From positions 512,001-576,000 of the forward strand of contig CAXXVZ010000004.1 in assembly GCA_963678065.2 (NCBI GenBank): 64,000 nt of DNA, given 5' to 3'. Positions 1 through 8,861 of the stretch are shown piece by piece. Made by a program: the position numbers and the translations under genes. Each line of letters opens with the position of its first letter. The first letter of the stretch is position 1. Origin of the DNA: Treponemataceae bacterium (GTDB lineage Bacteria; Spirochaetota; Spirochaetia; Treponematales; Rectinemataceae). The notes beneath the pieces are model-generated. The model saw only the letters and a list, made by a program, of their open reading frames with translations. It was not told the DNA's origin and did no database searches.

Positions 1-733
1 GCTTTGTGCCGTAGCCAAAAATGCTGCCATCCGCGTCAGCGACGCAATCGACTGTTTTCAGGCTGATGCCGCTTCCCAGAATAACCGGTGTTTCGGGAAC
101 AGCCTGGCGCACATGGCGAATCCTGTCGCGGTCCGGCGCCACGGCCGATTCAGCCCCGGACACGATGATGACATCAGCCATACCCCGTTCCACCATCTCG
201 TGTGCAACCGTCGCCATGTCGCGTTGAACCAGGGGGCCGCCGTGCTTGCTGTAGATGTCAGAAAATATCAGGACACGCTCGGCCTGGATCATCCTGCGAT
301 AGCGCATGGCCAGATGGGCCTCTCCATTGATCAAGCCCTGATCGGTAACCATGGTATCCGTGAGAATATTGAGGCGGATGAATTGGGCGTCCACTATCAT
401 GGCGACGGCCAACGCGGCTTTCCATGAATTGCGCAGGATATTTATTCCAAGCGGCACGGAATATCGGCGCCGTATCTCCAGCGCAACCTGCGTCATGGCG
501 GCGACTGTCTCCGGTTCGCAGGTAAAGGGATAGTAGGGGTAATCGCCGAGGTTTTCGACAATCAGGGCATTTATCCCGTTTTGAACCAGCGTCTGTGCAT
601 CGATCAGGGCATGCTCTATGACCGCCGTCATACTGCCCCCATAATTTGGTGCCCCCGGAAGCGGAGGCAGATGAATCATGCCCAGGATAGGCCGTTTGGC
701 AGCAAATATGTTCCGGAACTCATCTCTTTTCAT
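1..733 (-). CDS. BtpA/SgcQ family TIM-barrel protein (3' end runs off the window; absent from the ORF track)
   Basis: Manual translation from ATG at 733 (RBS AAGGAGG): MKRDEFRNIFAAKRPILGMIHLPPLPGAPNY...LIVENLGDYPY...PLGINILRN...ADADGSIFG. GMIHLPPLPG, ENxGDxP and GINxLRN are BtpA hallmarks. Start overlaps the hydrolase 3' end. Confidence 0.88.
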   Translation of the reverse strand, partial: MKRDEFRNIFAAKRPILGMIHLPPLPGAPNYGGSMTAVIEHALIDAQTLVQNGINALIVENLGDYPYYPFTCEPETVAAMTQVALEIRRRYSVPLGINILRNSWKAALAVAMIVDAQFIRLNILTDTMVTDQGLINGEAHLAMRYRRMIQAERVLIFSDIYSKHGGPLVQRDMATVAHEMVERGMADVIIVSGAESAVAPDRDRIRHVRQAVPETPVILGSGISLKTVDCVADADGSIFGYGTK

Positions 734-1733
734 TCTCTCTTTCCTCCTTGTATGAAACGATATCCTTGACCCACGTTTCCATCGCAGCCCTGGAGTCCAC
801 CTCATACGCCCAGGCGGCATTCGGCTTGCGGCCCCACAAGCCCTTGAAATCGGCCACTGTCTGGCCGGGGCAAAGGCCGGTCGTATCGATATCTATATAC
901 AAGTGCCGGACTTTGAACCAATCCGGATTGATGAGATACGCGGTCGCGGTCAGGTCGTTCAACCCGATCTCGCCGGGCTTGTCCGAGGCTTTCTGTTCGC
1001 CGATGATGTCGCCGCCTGCGTCGCGAATGGTCCTGACTGACTTTTCCCGGATATGCCTGAGCATACGGATGATGAAATCGGAGACGGGAGTGCCCGCCTG
1101 TCTGATTCTCTCCAGGTCCTCATCGGTCTGACGGACGCGATCGCAGACATCAAGCCCCAGCTGAACCACCGGAATCCCCGAGTTGTAGACAATCTTCGCG
1201 GCCTCGGGATCGATCGCCGGATTGAAGCTGGCAACCGGCGATTCATTGCCCGGCACCCGCACGGCGCCGCCCATGAAGAGAATGCGCTTCACATGGTTTT
1301 TGAGCTTTGCATCGAGCAGAATAGCGAGCGCGACATTCGTCAATGGCGCCAGCGCGAGGATGGTTATCGGTTCAGGAGATTCTTTCGCGATCCGGACAAT
1401 CTCCGCCGGCGCGAAGCCAGGCTGACACCGGATGCCCGGATCGGGGAATCCTGCGTCGCCGAGTCCATCCCGGCCGTGCACCCAGGCGGCATCCATGGGT
1501 TTCCGCAGGAAAGGCCGGAATCCTCCTTTGTAGACGGGGATGTCGGTCCTCTTGCAGGCGTCGAGAATTTTGAGGGCGTTGAGGGCGCACAGGTCGAGTC
1601 CGACATTGCCGTTGGCGATGGTGATGGCCTTGATGTCGAACCTTCCGTTTGTGATGACCCAAAAAAGGGATGCCGCGTCATCTACCCCGGGATCGGTATC
1701 GATGACGACCGCTTCTTTCATGATTTCATTCAT
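720..1733 (-). CDS. Nucleoside hydrolase (IU-NH family) with atypical active-site residues
   Basis: DTDPGVDD Ca-binding motif, GNV, HGRDGLG, LAPLTN, MGG, DPEAA. Start trimmed to ATG 1733 because the ORF-track start overlaps the upstream permease. Confidence 0.9.
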   Translation of the reverse strand: MNEIMKEAVVIDTDPGVDDAASLFWVITNGRFDIKAITIANGNVGLDLCALNALKILDACKRTDIPVYKGGFRPFLRKPMDAAWVHGRDGLGDAGFPDPGIRCQPGFAPAEIVRIAKESPEPITILALAPLTNVALAILLDAKLKNHVKRILFMGGAVRVPGNESPVASFNPAIDPEAAKIVYNSGIPVVQLGLDVCDRVRQTDEDLERIRQAGTPVSDFIIRMLRHIREKSVRTIRDAGGDIIGEQKASDKPGEIGLNDLTATAYLINPDWFKVRHLYIDIDTTGLCPGQTVADFKGLWGRKPNAAWAYEVDSRAAMETWVKDIVSYKEERENEKR

Positions 1734-1749
1734 GTGCAATTCCTGACCT

Positions 1750-2661
1750 TCAATCGTCGAAATGTTTGCCGACACCCGCCGGACCACGGACACCCTTGTA
1801 GTTCAGCATGGCGACAATCAAGGTAAATATGTACGGAACCATCATCAGGATCTGGCTCGGTGTGCCGATTCCCTGGAAGAGTGTCTGCAGGCTGTCGAAA
1901 AAGCCGAAGAACAGGCTCGAAATCGCCGCATAAAGCGGATTGCTGCGGCCGAGATCGGTTACGACCATGGCGACGTAGCCGCGGCCGGCTGTCATCTCGG
2001 TGATGAAGCGGTTCATGCGCACCAGGGAGAGGTATGCGCCTCCCATACCGCTGAACGCGCCACAGAGCAGTATCCCGATATATTTATACGCGACCGTATC
2101 GATTCCGACCGTATTGGCCGCTACCGGATTTTCACCCACCATGCGCATGCGCAGGCCGAAAACCGTGCGGTAGAGTATCAACCAACTGAGGAGCACGAGC
2201 GCGATGGCGATGTAGAAAAACAGGTTCTGCTCTGCGAGGATGGGCCCGATGAAAGGAATCCTGGCGAGCCATTCCGGATTACTCTTCGGCAGGGAGGGAA
2301 CTTCGGGAGAATAACCCGCCATCTTCCAGACGACTTTCAGGACAAGCGATCCCATCGCCAAGCCGAGCAGGTTGACGCACACGCTGCTCAATGTCCCGTT
2401 AACCCGGTGCGTTACGTGCAGGTAGGCATGAAGCAAGGAAATCAGCATCCCGCCAAGGACGGAACAGGCCACGCCGAACCACACATTCCCGGAGTAGTAG
2501 GAGCCGAGAGCGCCGCAGAATGCGCCGGTAATCATCATGCCTTCACAGCCGAAGGCCACTACCCCGCTCCGCACGGAGAAGCTCGCGCCAGTAGAGGCCA
2601 GCATGACGGGAACCGTCACGCGAAGCGTCGTCGATACGATCAGCGATATGGAAATATCCAT
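1750..2661 (-). CDS. Nucleoside-type (CUT2) ABC transporter permease II
   Basis: Hydrophobic; GCEGMM, T.FGLRMRMVGENP.AA.TVGI, MTAGRGY, PYIFTL motifs of NupC-like permeases. Confidence 0.9.
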   Translation of the reverse strand: MDISISLIVSTTLRVTVPVMLASTGASFSVRSGVVAFGCEGMMITGAFCGALGSYYSGNVWFGVACSVLGGMLISLLHAYLHVTHRVNGTLSSVCVNLLGLAMGSLVLKVVWKMAGYSPEVPSLPKSNPEWLARIPFIGPILAEQNLFFYIAIALVLLSWLILYRTVFGLRMRMVGENPVAANTVGIDTVAYKYIGILLCGAFSGMGGAYLSLVRMNRFITEMTAGRGYVAMVVTDLGRSNPLYAAISSLFFGFFDSLQTLFQGIGTPSQILMMVPYIFTLIVAMLNYKGVRGPAGVGKHFDD

Positions 2662-2673
2662 GACTGAACCCTC

Positions 2674-3783
2674 CTATTCCGATTCGGTCATGCGCCCGGG
2701 TTCGGTGATTTTCCGGGCTTGACGCTTCTTCCCGATCCAGTCAGGCAGGAACATCACTATGCGTGGGGCGGTGATGGCGACTACGACCATAACCTGAATT
2801 ACTTTGACAAACTCAAACGGAATGGATGTTGTCCTGTTGACCTGCATGGCTCCGGCCTTGAGGATGCCGAACAGCAGTGAAGATAGAATAATTCCGACCG
2901 GGTTATAGGCCGCGAGGGCGGCCACGGAGATGCCTTCGAAGCCGTACCCGCTCGAGATGGGGTCCACATTGCGACCCAGGACGCCCAAGGTAATGTCCGC
3001 GCCGCCGATTCCGGCAATTGCGCCGCTGAGGAAAAAAGTCGCAAGGTATATCCAGGAAGAATTGATGCCGGCGACCTCGCCTGCCCGGCGATTCATGCCG
3101 GTAACCTTCATCTTGTATCCAAAAACAGTCCGCCTCTGGACAAAATAGACGATCACCGCGATCACGATGGCGATAATCAGCCCGTAGGTCAGCTGGGTCT
3201 TGGGAACGATCTTGGCAAGACGAGCGGTTTCAAGGATCCGCTTGGTCTGGGCGCTTGAGGCGTTTTCCGGCTTCAGCGGTCCGTTGCAGAGAAAGTTTAT
3301 GAAAAGTCCGATAATGCTATTGAGCATGATGCAGGTGATGGCCTCATGCGCGTTGAAACTGACCTTGAGAAAACCTGTCAGAAGGCCGACGAGGCCTCCT
3401 GCGATCGCGCCGGCCAGAATGGCTACCGCCAGGTGCGATATTCCCGGAAGGAAATTGACATAGGCGCCGACCAGGGCCGCGACAAGGCCACCAAGGAGGA
3501 GCTGCCCCTCGGCCCCGATGTTTATGATTCCAACCTTGAAGGTGATGGCGAAAGCCAGGCCGGTGAACAGCAGGGGAGTCGCTTCGCGCAGAGCAAGATA
3601 GAAGCCGTTCGGAGAACCCAGAGCTCCCTGGAAAATCAATCGATAGGTCTCAAGCGGCGAATAGCCGCTGATCGCGATGACAACGCCGCCGACAAAAAGG
3701 GAGAACAGCAGGGCGACGAGGGCCTGGACGATGGACTTCGTCATTTTCCTGAAACCGGTATTCACTTCATCACGCTTTTTCAT
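2674..3783 (-). CDS. Nucleoside-type (CUT2) ABC transporter permease I
   Basis: ATPLLFTGLA, NIGAEGQ, GYGFEGISVA motifs of NupB-like permeases. Confidence 0.9.
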   Translation of the reverse strand: MKKRDEVNTGFRKMTKSIVQALVALLFSLFVGGVVIAISGYSPLETYRLIFQGALGSPNGFYLALREATPLLFTGLAFAITFKVGIINIGAEGQLLLGGLVAALVGAYVNFLPGISHLAVAILAGAIAGGLVGLLTGFLKVSFNAHEAITCIMLNSIIGLFINFLCNGPLKPENASSAQTKRILETARLAKIVPKTQLTYGLIIAIVIAVIVYFVQRRTVFGYKMKVTGMNRRAGEVAGINSSWIYLATFFLSGAIAGIGGADITLGVLGRNVDPISSGYGFEGISVAALAAYNPVGIILSSLLFGILKAGAMQVNRTTSIPFEFVKVIQVMVVVAITAPRIVMFLPDWIGKKRQARKITEPGRMTESE

Positions 3784-5305
3784 TGAGATGCCCCTTCGCG
3801 ACCGATACCGGATTCCCGGTCATCAAGAGTCCCAGTTCCGTTTTGGAGTAGGTATCCGGCAGGCACTCTGCCACGATGCGTCCTTCGAACATCACGATCA
3901 TCCGGTCGCTCAGGGTGCAGACCTCGTCGAGGTCGGCGGAGACCAACAGAACGGCCTTCCCTTGGTCGCGGAATTTCAGGATTTCCTGGTGGATGTACTC
4001 GATGGCGCTGACATCCAGTCCCCGGGTCGGGTGTGCAACGATCAAAACCTCAAGGTCCCGGCTCAAGGCCCGGGCCATCACTATTTTCTGCTGATTGCCT
4101 CCCGACAGGGACTTTGTCGCCGTGTCCCTGCCCGGTGCCTTTATATTGAACGCGCTTATGCAGCGATCGGCGTATTGATCGATATTCTTGCGCCTGAGCA
4201 GGCCATGACCGGAGATATCCGCGCTCTCATGATAGCCGAGAAACAGATTGTCCTTGACGCTCATCGGCAGCACCAAACCCATGGTTATGCGATCCTCAGG
4301 CACATGGCCGATTTTTTTCTTCAGGAAATCGTGCGCGTCTCCGCGCAAGGGTTCGCCGTCCAGACTCAGGTCCATCGAAGACGGTTTGACCAGGCCGGTA
4401 AGAGCCTCGAGCAGTTGAGTCTGCCCGTTGCCTTCCACGCCGGCAACGCCGAGGATCTCGCCGCGGCGTATCTCGAAGGCGATGTTTTTCAGCTTCTCGA
4501 TACCATGTTCTTTCATGCTGAGATTTTGCACGGCAAAGAGGGGTTCACCGATATTCTTCGAAGGACATCGCTTGTCCAGGTTGACGGAGCGCCCGACCAT
4601 GAGCGAGGAAAGTTCGTTCGTCGTTGAATGAGCCGGTGTGATGTCATCGCCGGTCACCCGGCCATTGCGCAAAACAACGACACGGTCTGCGATGGACATG
4701 GTCTCCCGGAGTTTGTGCGTTATGATGACAATGCTGGTCCCCTGCCCCTTCAGAACACGCAAGGTATCGAAGAGATCGCTCACTTCCTTGGGAGTCAGAA
4801 CCGCGGAAGGTTCGTCGAGTATGAGCACTTTGGCTTGCCGATAAAGGGCTTTGAGCACCTCGACCCTCTGGAGCTCGCCCACCGACAAGTTCCCGACAAG
4901 TGTGTTGGGGTCCAGGTTGAAGCGATAATGCTCTATCATGCGCCGGACATCGCCGGCAGCCTTCCGGCGGTCGACGAAAGGTCCTCTGTGCGGTTCGATA
5001 CCGACTATGATGTTATCGATGATGGAAAAAGCCGGCACCAGCATGAAATGCTGGTGTACCATGCAGATGCCAAGTTTTATCGCATCTTTCGGATCATGAA
5101 TCTGAACCGGCTTTTCATTATAGAAGATTTCTCCCTCGTCCGGATTGTACATGCCGTAAAGGATCTTCATCAGCGTTGTCTTTCCGGCTCCGTTTTCCCC
5201 GAGCAGGGAGAGGATCTCTCCCTGTCTGAGGTGAAAGCTGACATCATCGAGAGCCTTGATGCCGGGAAATGATTTGCTGATATGGGTCATCCTTACTACA
5301 TCCAT
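3770..5305 (-). CDS. CUT2 ABC transporter ATP-binding protein (two ABC domains)
   Basis: Walker A GENGAGKT, MVHQHFML, LDEPSAVL, AGVEGNGQ, LSGGNQQK, PTRGLDV. Confidence 0.93.
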   Translation of the reverse strand: MDVVRMTHISKSFPGIKALDDVSFHLRQGEILSLLGENGAGKTTLMKILYGMYNPDEGEIFYNEKPVQIHDPKDAIKLGICMVHQHFMLVPAFSIIDNIIVGIEPHRGPFVDRRKAAGDVRRMIEHYRFNLDPNTLVGNLSVGELQRVEVLKALYRQAKVLILDEPSAVLTPKEVSDLFDTLRVLKGQGTSIVIITHKLRETMSIADRVVVLRNGRVTGDDITPAHSTTNELSSLMVGRSVNLDKRCPSKNIGEPLFAVQNLSMKEHGIEKLKNIAFEIRRGEILGVAGVEGNGQTQLLEALTGLVKPSSMDLSLDGEPLRGDAHDFLKKKIGHVPEDRITMGLVLPMSVKDNLFLGYHESADISGHGLLRRKNIDQYADRCISAFNIKAPGRDTATKSLSGGNQQKIVMARALSRDLEVLIVAHPTRGLDVSAIEYIHQEILKFRDQGKAVLLVSADLDEVCTLSDRMIVMFEGRIVAECLPDTYSKTELGLLMTGNPVSVAKGHLNEKA

Positions 5306-5509
5306 CCGGAAACTCCTCGACCATGGCTATAGAGTGGCGATCAATCAAATCAAGCATGCCCGCTCAACAGGACACCTGGATCTTTCCTTAAAAACAGCAG
5401 TTGCCTTTCATCTGGTCGACGCGATCGATCCTTTGCTTCAGGCACACCCGGGATATGCGCAGGTCTTGTCCGCCTTGATACCTGTCATGACTTCAGGTCG
5501 ATTCGCGTC

Positions 5510-5549
5510 TTGTATACTGTATACTAAGATGGTTTTCCGGCCCTGTCAA
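5510..5549 (-). promoter_or_regulatory. Sigma70-type promoter of the nucleoside ABC operon with overlapping GTATAC-N-GTATAC operator (GntR/FadR-like)
   Basis: Minus strand TTGACA (5549-5544), 17 bp, TAGTAT (5526-5521). Palindrome GTATACtGTATAC at 5512-5524 overlaps the -10/+1 region. Confidence 0.65.
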
Positions 5550-5705
5550 TGAAAACATGACACGAATGCGCGACAGTTCAAAACCGTGAACTCGAGGAAT
5601 GGAGGAAGCAAAAGCCGGGGCGCTTCGGCAGAACTGTACGAAAAGAGAGGAAAGGCATTCATCGGACCTGACACAAACCACAAGGACTTTTGGGTGTATT
5701 TTTCC

Positions 5706-5734
5706 AACAAAAAAGGCTCCCTTTCGGGAGCCTT
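5706..5734 (-). terminator. Rho-independent terminator after tRNA-Leu
   Basis: Minus strand AAGGCTCCC-GAAA-GGGAGCCTT followed by a T-tract. Confidence 0.85.
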
Positions 5735-5740
5735 AAATTA

Positions 5741-5824
5741 TGCCCAGAGGGGGACTTGAACCCCCAAGCCTGTGACGGCACTGGTACCTGAAACCAGCGT
5801 GTCTGCCAATTCCACCATCTGGGC
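5741..5824 (-). tRNA. tRNA-Leu (CAG), CCA not encoded
   Basis: GCCCAGA acceptor stem, TGGTGGAATTGGCAGAC D-arm, CTGGT-TTCAGGT-ACCAG anticodon arm, long variable arm, GGTTCAAGTCC T-arm. Upstream TTGACA-16-TATAGT at 5867-5840. Confidence 0.96.
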
Positions 5825-6051
5825 TTATGCGTGGACAAAACTATACCGGGCGGCGCGGGGTTGTCAAGCCGGAAGATGCGGTTTCAGCGCGGTGCGGATA
5901 AAGCCGCTTTTATCGAAGTGGGCCAAAGCGACCGGAGTCTGGATAGGCAGCACCATTTCAAATATTGGGTAAATCGTTTCATATCTTGCGAATTCCGGCA
6001 AACGGGAGTACTATTTTCGGTACTTCGTATCAGATCCAGCAAGGAGCATGC

Positions 6052-7404
6052 ATGCAGCTATCAGCGTTTACGGGCGACATGTCGTCGATAGACTATGTCA
6101 GCTTCCTCGTCGTCGATATTAACGGCCAGCTCCATTCGGTGGCACTTCCACGGAGTTACGCGACTGAAAAGATCCTGAAGAACGGCATCGGATTCGACGC
6201 ATCCAACTTCGGCTACGCCAAAGTACACGCGAGCGACATGGTTGCCATACCGGATATGTCGACGGCCTTCGTCGAGACCAAGGACGGGTTCACTACCCTC
6301 CACGCCTTCTGCGAGGTCATGACTACGGAGGGCGCCGGATTCGACCAGTACCCGCGGACGATAGCCCGCAAGGCCGTCGAAAGGATGCGCGCGGCGGGTG
6401 TCGGCGAAGAGGCGAAGATGCTCATAGAACTCGAGTTCTACGTTTTCGACGATGCGAAATACTCCACCGAGATCGGCCATTCCTACTATTATGTTTCGAG
6501 CGCGGAGGGGATCGGCGAGGAATTCAGCGATTCTCCCAGGCTCGGACTCTCCAAGGGTTATCACCGCATGCCGCCCGAAGATCGCTACCTCCTGCTCAGA
6601 AACAAGGCGGTCCAGGCCATGCAGGACGCCGGTATCCCCGTCAAGTACCACCACCACGAGGTGGGCGCCGCCCAGCTCGAGATAGAACTCAACTTCCTCT
6701 CGCTGGAAAAAGCGGGCGATGCCGTCGTCCTCGGCAAGTGGATCATCCGCTGCGTGGCCGAAGAGCTGGGCCTCTACGTCACCTTCATGCCCAAGCCGAT
6801 GTACAGGATCGCGGGCTCGGGCATGCACGTCCACCAGTTCATCGAAAAGGGCGGAAAGAGCATCTTCCCGGGGGAGGAGATCTGCGGCCTCTCCCAGAAG
6901 GGACTCGCCTACACTGCCGGCATCCTCGAGCACGCCCTTTCGGGCTCCCTGCTCGCCTGGTCCAATCCGAGCACCAACTCCTACCGCCGCCTGGTGCCGG
7001 GCTACGAGGCCCCGGTCAGCGCGACCTTCGCTCAAGGGTCCCGCGCGGCCGCGGTGCGAATCCCCGGCTACCTCAAGAAGGGAGAGGCCAGGATCGAGTT
7101 CCGCACGGGCGACGCGACCGCCAATGTCTACTATTTCCTCGCGGCCATGCTTCTGGCCGGGATGGACGGAATTGCGCGCGAGCTCGACCCGGTGGCCTTG
7201 GGGTTCAGTGTTTCCAGGGAAACGAAGAAGAACACCTTCCCGACCGGTCTCTACCACGTGTTGCGCGGACTTGCGCGGGACAGAGACTACCTCGCGCCCG
7301 TCTTCCCGCCCGCCCTCATCGAGAGTTGGATCGCGCTCAAGGAGAAGGAAGCCGAGTACGTGTATAATGCCCCCGTTCCCCAGGAGTACGAGCTGTATTT
7401 CTGA
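6052..7404 (+). CDS. glnA: Glutamine synthetase type I (or GS-like ligase)
   Basis: ELEFY, HHHEV, TFMPKP, GSGMHVH, NSYRRLVPGYEAP, RIEFR. RBS AAGGAG precedes ATG 6052. Confidence 0.85.
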   Translation: MQLSAFTGDMSSIDYVSFLVVDINGQLHSVALPRSYATEKILKNGIGFDASNFGYAKVHASDMVAIPDMSTAFVETKDGFTTLHAFCEVMTTEGAGFDQYPRTIARKAVERMRAAGVGEEAKMLIELEFYVFDDAKYSTEIGHSYYYVSSAEGIGEEFSDSPRLGLSKGYHRMPPEDRYLLLRNKAVQAMQDAGIPVKYHHHEVGAAQLEIELNFLSLEKAGDAVVLGKWIIRCVAEELGLYVTFMPKPMYRIAGSGMHVHQFIEKGGKSIFPGEEICGLSQKGLAYTAGILEHALSGSLLAWSNPSTNSYRRLVPGYEAPVSATFAQGSRAAAVRIPGYLKKGEARIEFRTGDATANVYYFLAAMLLAGMDGIARELDPVALGFSVSRETKKNTFPTGLYHVLRGLARDRDYLAPVFPPALIESWIALKEKEAEYVYNAPVPQEYELYF

Positions 7405-7420
7405 AGCCGCGACCATACAG

Positions 7421-7460
7421 AAGGACCGGCAGCCGAGACGGCCGCCGGTCCTTTTTATTT
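7421..7460 (+). terminator. Rho-independent terminator between convergent glnA and ADH genes
   Basis: GGACCGGC...GCCGGTCC stem followed by TTTTTATTT. Confidence 0.75.
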
Positions 7461-7482
7461 GTCAGGCGAGTGCCCGGAGCCG

Positions 7483-8655
7483 TCAGACGGCGGCCAGGCG
7501 AAGGATGGCCTCGACGTCGGCGCGGCGCAGGGTCTGGAAGCGTCCGACTGTGGCAGTGTCGCCGCGCGTGCACTTGTCGGCCATCTCCGGAATCCTGTCG
7601 GCGGGGATGCCCGCGTCTGCCAGACTCACCGGCATGCCGATGGAACGGTTGAATGCCTTGAGCCTCGCGATTCCATCCAGCGCGGCGCGCTCGGGATCGT
7701 CGAAGGCGCCCTTCACTCCCCAGACCTCGCTCGCGTAGCGCGCGAACCGGTTCACGTCGCGTTTGTAGTTGTAGAGCATCCAGGCGGGGAAGACGATGGC
7801 GAGCCCCGCGCCGTGGGCGAGGTCATAGATGGCCGAGATTTCATGCTCGATATCGTGTGTCGCCCAATCCCCGACGCGTCCGGTGCCGAGCATGTCGTTG
7901 TGCGCGAGCGTCCCCGACCACATGATCTCGGCGCGGGCAACGTAGTTTTCTGGCTCGGCGATGGCTATGGGGCCATTGCGGATGATTGTCCTGAGGAGGG
8001 CCTCCGCCATTCCGTCGGTGACTTCGACATTCCGGACGGTCGTGAAATAGCGCTCCATGATGTGGGCGGCCATGTCGACAACACCGCAGGCCGTCTGGTA
8101 AGGCGGAAGGGTGTAGGTGAGCTCCGGGTCGAGAAGGGAAAAGACGGGACGCATGATCACAGAGTCGCAGGCGCGCTTCAGCGCCTGCTCCTCGTCCGTG
8201 ATCACCGAGCCGGTGCTGGCCTCCGATCCGGCCGCGGGGATGGTCAGGACGGTCCCGACCCCGAGAGCCTTCGCCGGACTGGCTTTCCCGTCGTAGAAGT
8301 CCCAGACGTCGCCGTCGTAGAGCACTCCGACCGCGATGGCCTTGGCCGAATCGATGACGGAGCCGCCGCCGACGGCCAGTATGAAATCGAGCCCCTGAGA
8401 GCGGCAGAGGGCAATGCCCTCGCGCACGAGGGAGAGCCGGGGATTCGGTTTTACCCCGGATAATTCGACAAAGCTGACGCCGGCCTCTCTGAGACTCTCG
8501 AGAACGCGCGAAAGGAGTCCCGAACGTACGACTGAACCTCCCGCGTGGTGGACCAGAATGCGCTTCGAGCACTTTGCGGTTTCCAACCCGACCTGATCTT
8601 CGACCCCTCGTCCGAAAATTATCTTTGTCTTATTGCTGAACACGAAATTTTCCAT
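7483..8655 (-). CDS. Iron-containing alcohol dehydrogenase (butanol dehydrogenase/YqhD-like)
   Basis: MENFVF.N.TKIIFG, GVKPNPR, GGGSVIDSAK, AGSE, H..ERYF, HDIEHEISA, HGAGLA. Confidence 0.92.
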   Translation of the reverse strand: MENFVFSNKTKIIFGRGVEDQVGLETAKCSKRILVHHAGGSVVRSGLLSRVLESLREAGVSFVELSGVKPNPRLSLVREGIALCRSQGLDFILAVGGGSVIDSAKAIAVGVLYDGDVWDFYDGKASPAKALGVGTVLTIPAAGSEASTGSVITDEEQALKRACDSVIMRPVFSLLDPELTYTLPPYQTACGVVDMAAHIMERYFTTVRNVEVTDGMAEALLRTIIRNGPIAIAEPENYVARAEIMWSGTLAHNDMLGTGRVGDWATHDIEHEISAIYDLAHGAGLAIVFPAWMLYNYKRDVNRFARYASEVWGVKGAFDDPERAALDGIARLKAFNRSIGMPVSLADAGIPADRIPEMADKCTRGDTATVGRFQTLRRADVEAILRLAAV

Positions 8656-8784
8656 TTTTTCTCCCTTCACTCAACGTTTACTGTCGATAGGCAGCCATCG
8701 CACCCTCTACGGAAGCGGCTTCCCACTGCGAATATACCGCCTGAGGCGACAGGCAGGCAACCTTGGGGGACTTTCACCCGCAAG

Positions 8785-8838
8785 TTGGTGCGCCCTGCCG
8801 GGCGCACCAAAAAAACCGCCCGGGGTGACCCGGGCGGC
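8785..8838 (-). terminator. Terminator after the 5'-nucleotidase gene, with a second adjacent hairpin
   Basis: Minus strand CCGCCCGGG..CCCGGGCGG stem plus T7, followed by a TTGGTGCGCCC..GGGCGCACCAA hairpin. Confidence 0.75.
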
Positions 8839-8861
8839 ATCGCATCGCGTAGAACCTGCGC

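Noticed and set aside
5306..5513. Purine riboswitch upstream of the nucleoside transporter
   Set aside because: The conserved purine-aptamer core (e.g. GTTTCTACC, CCGTAAA, GACTA) is not present.
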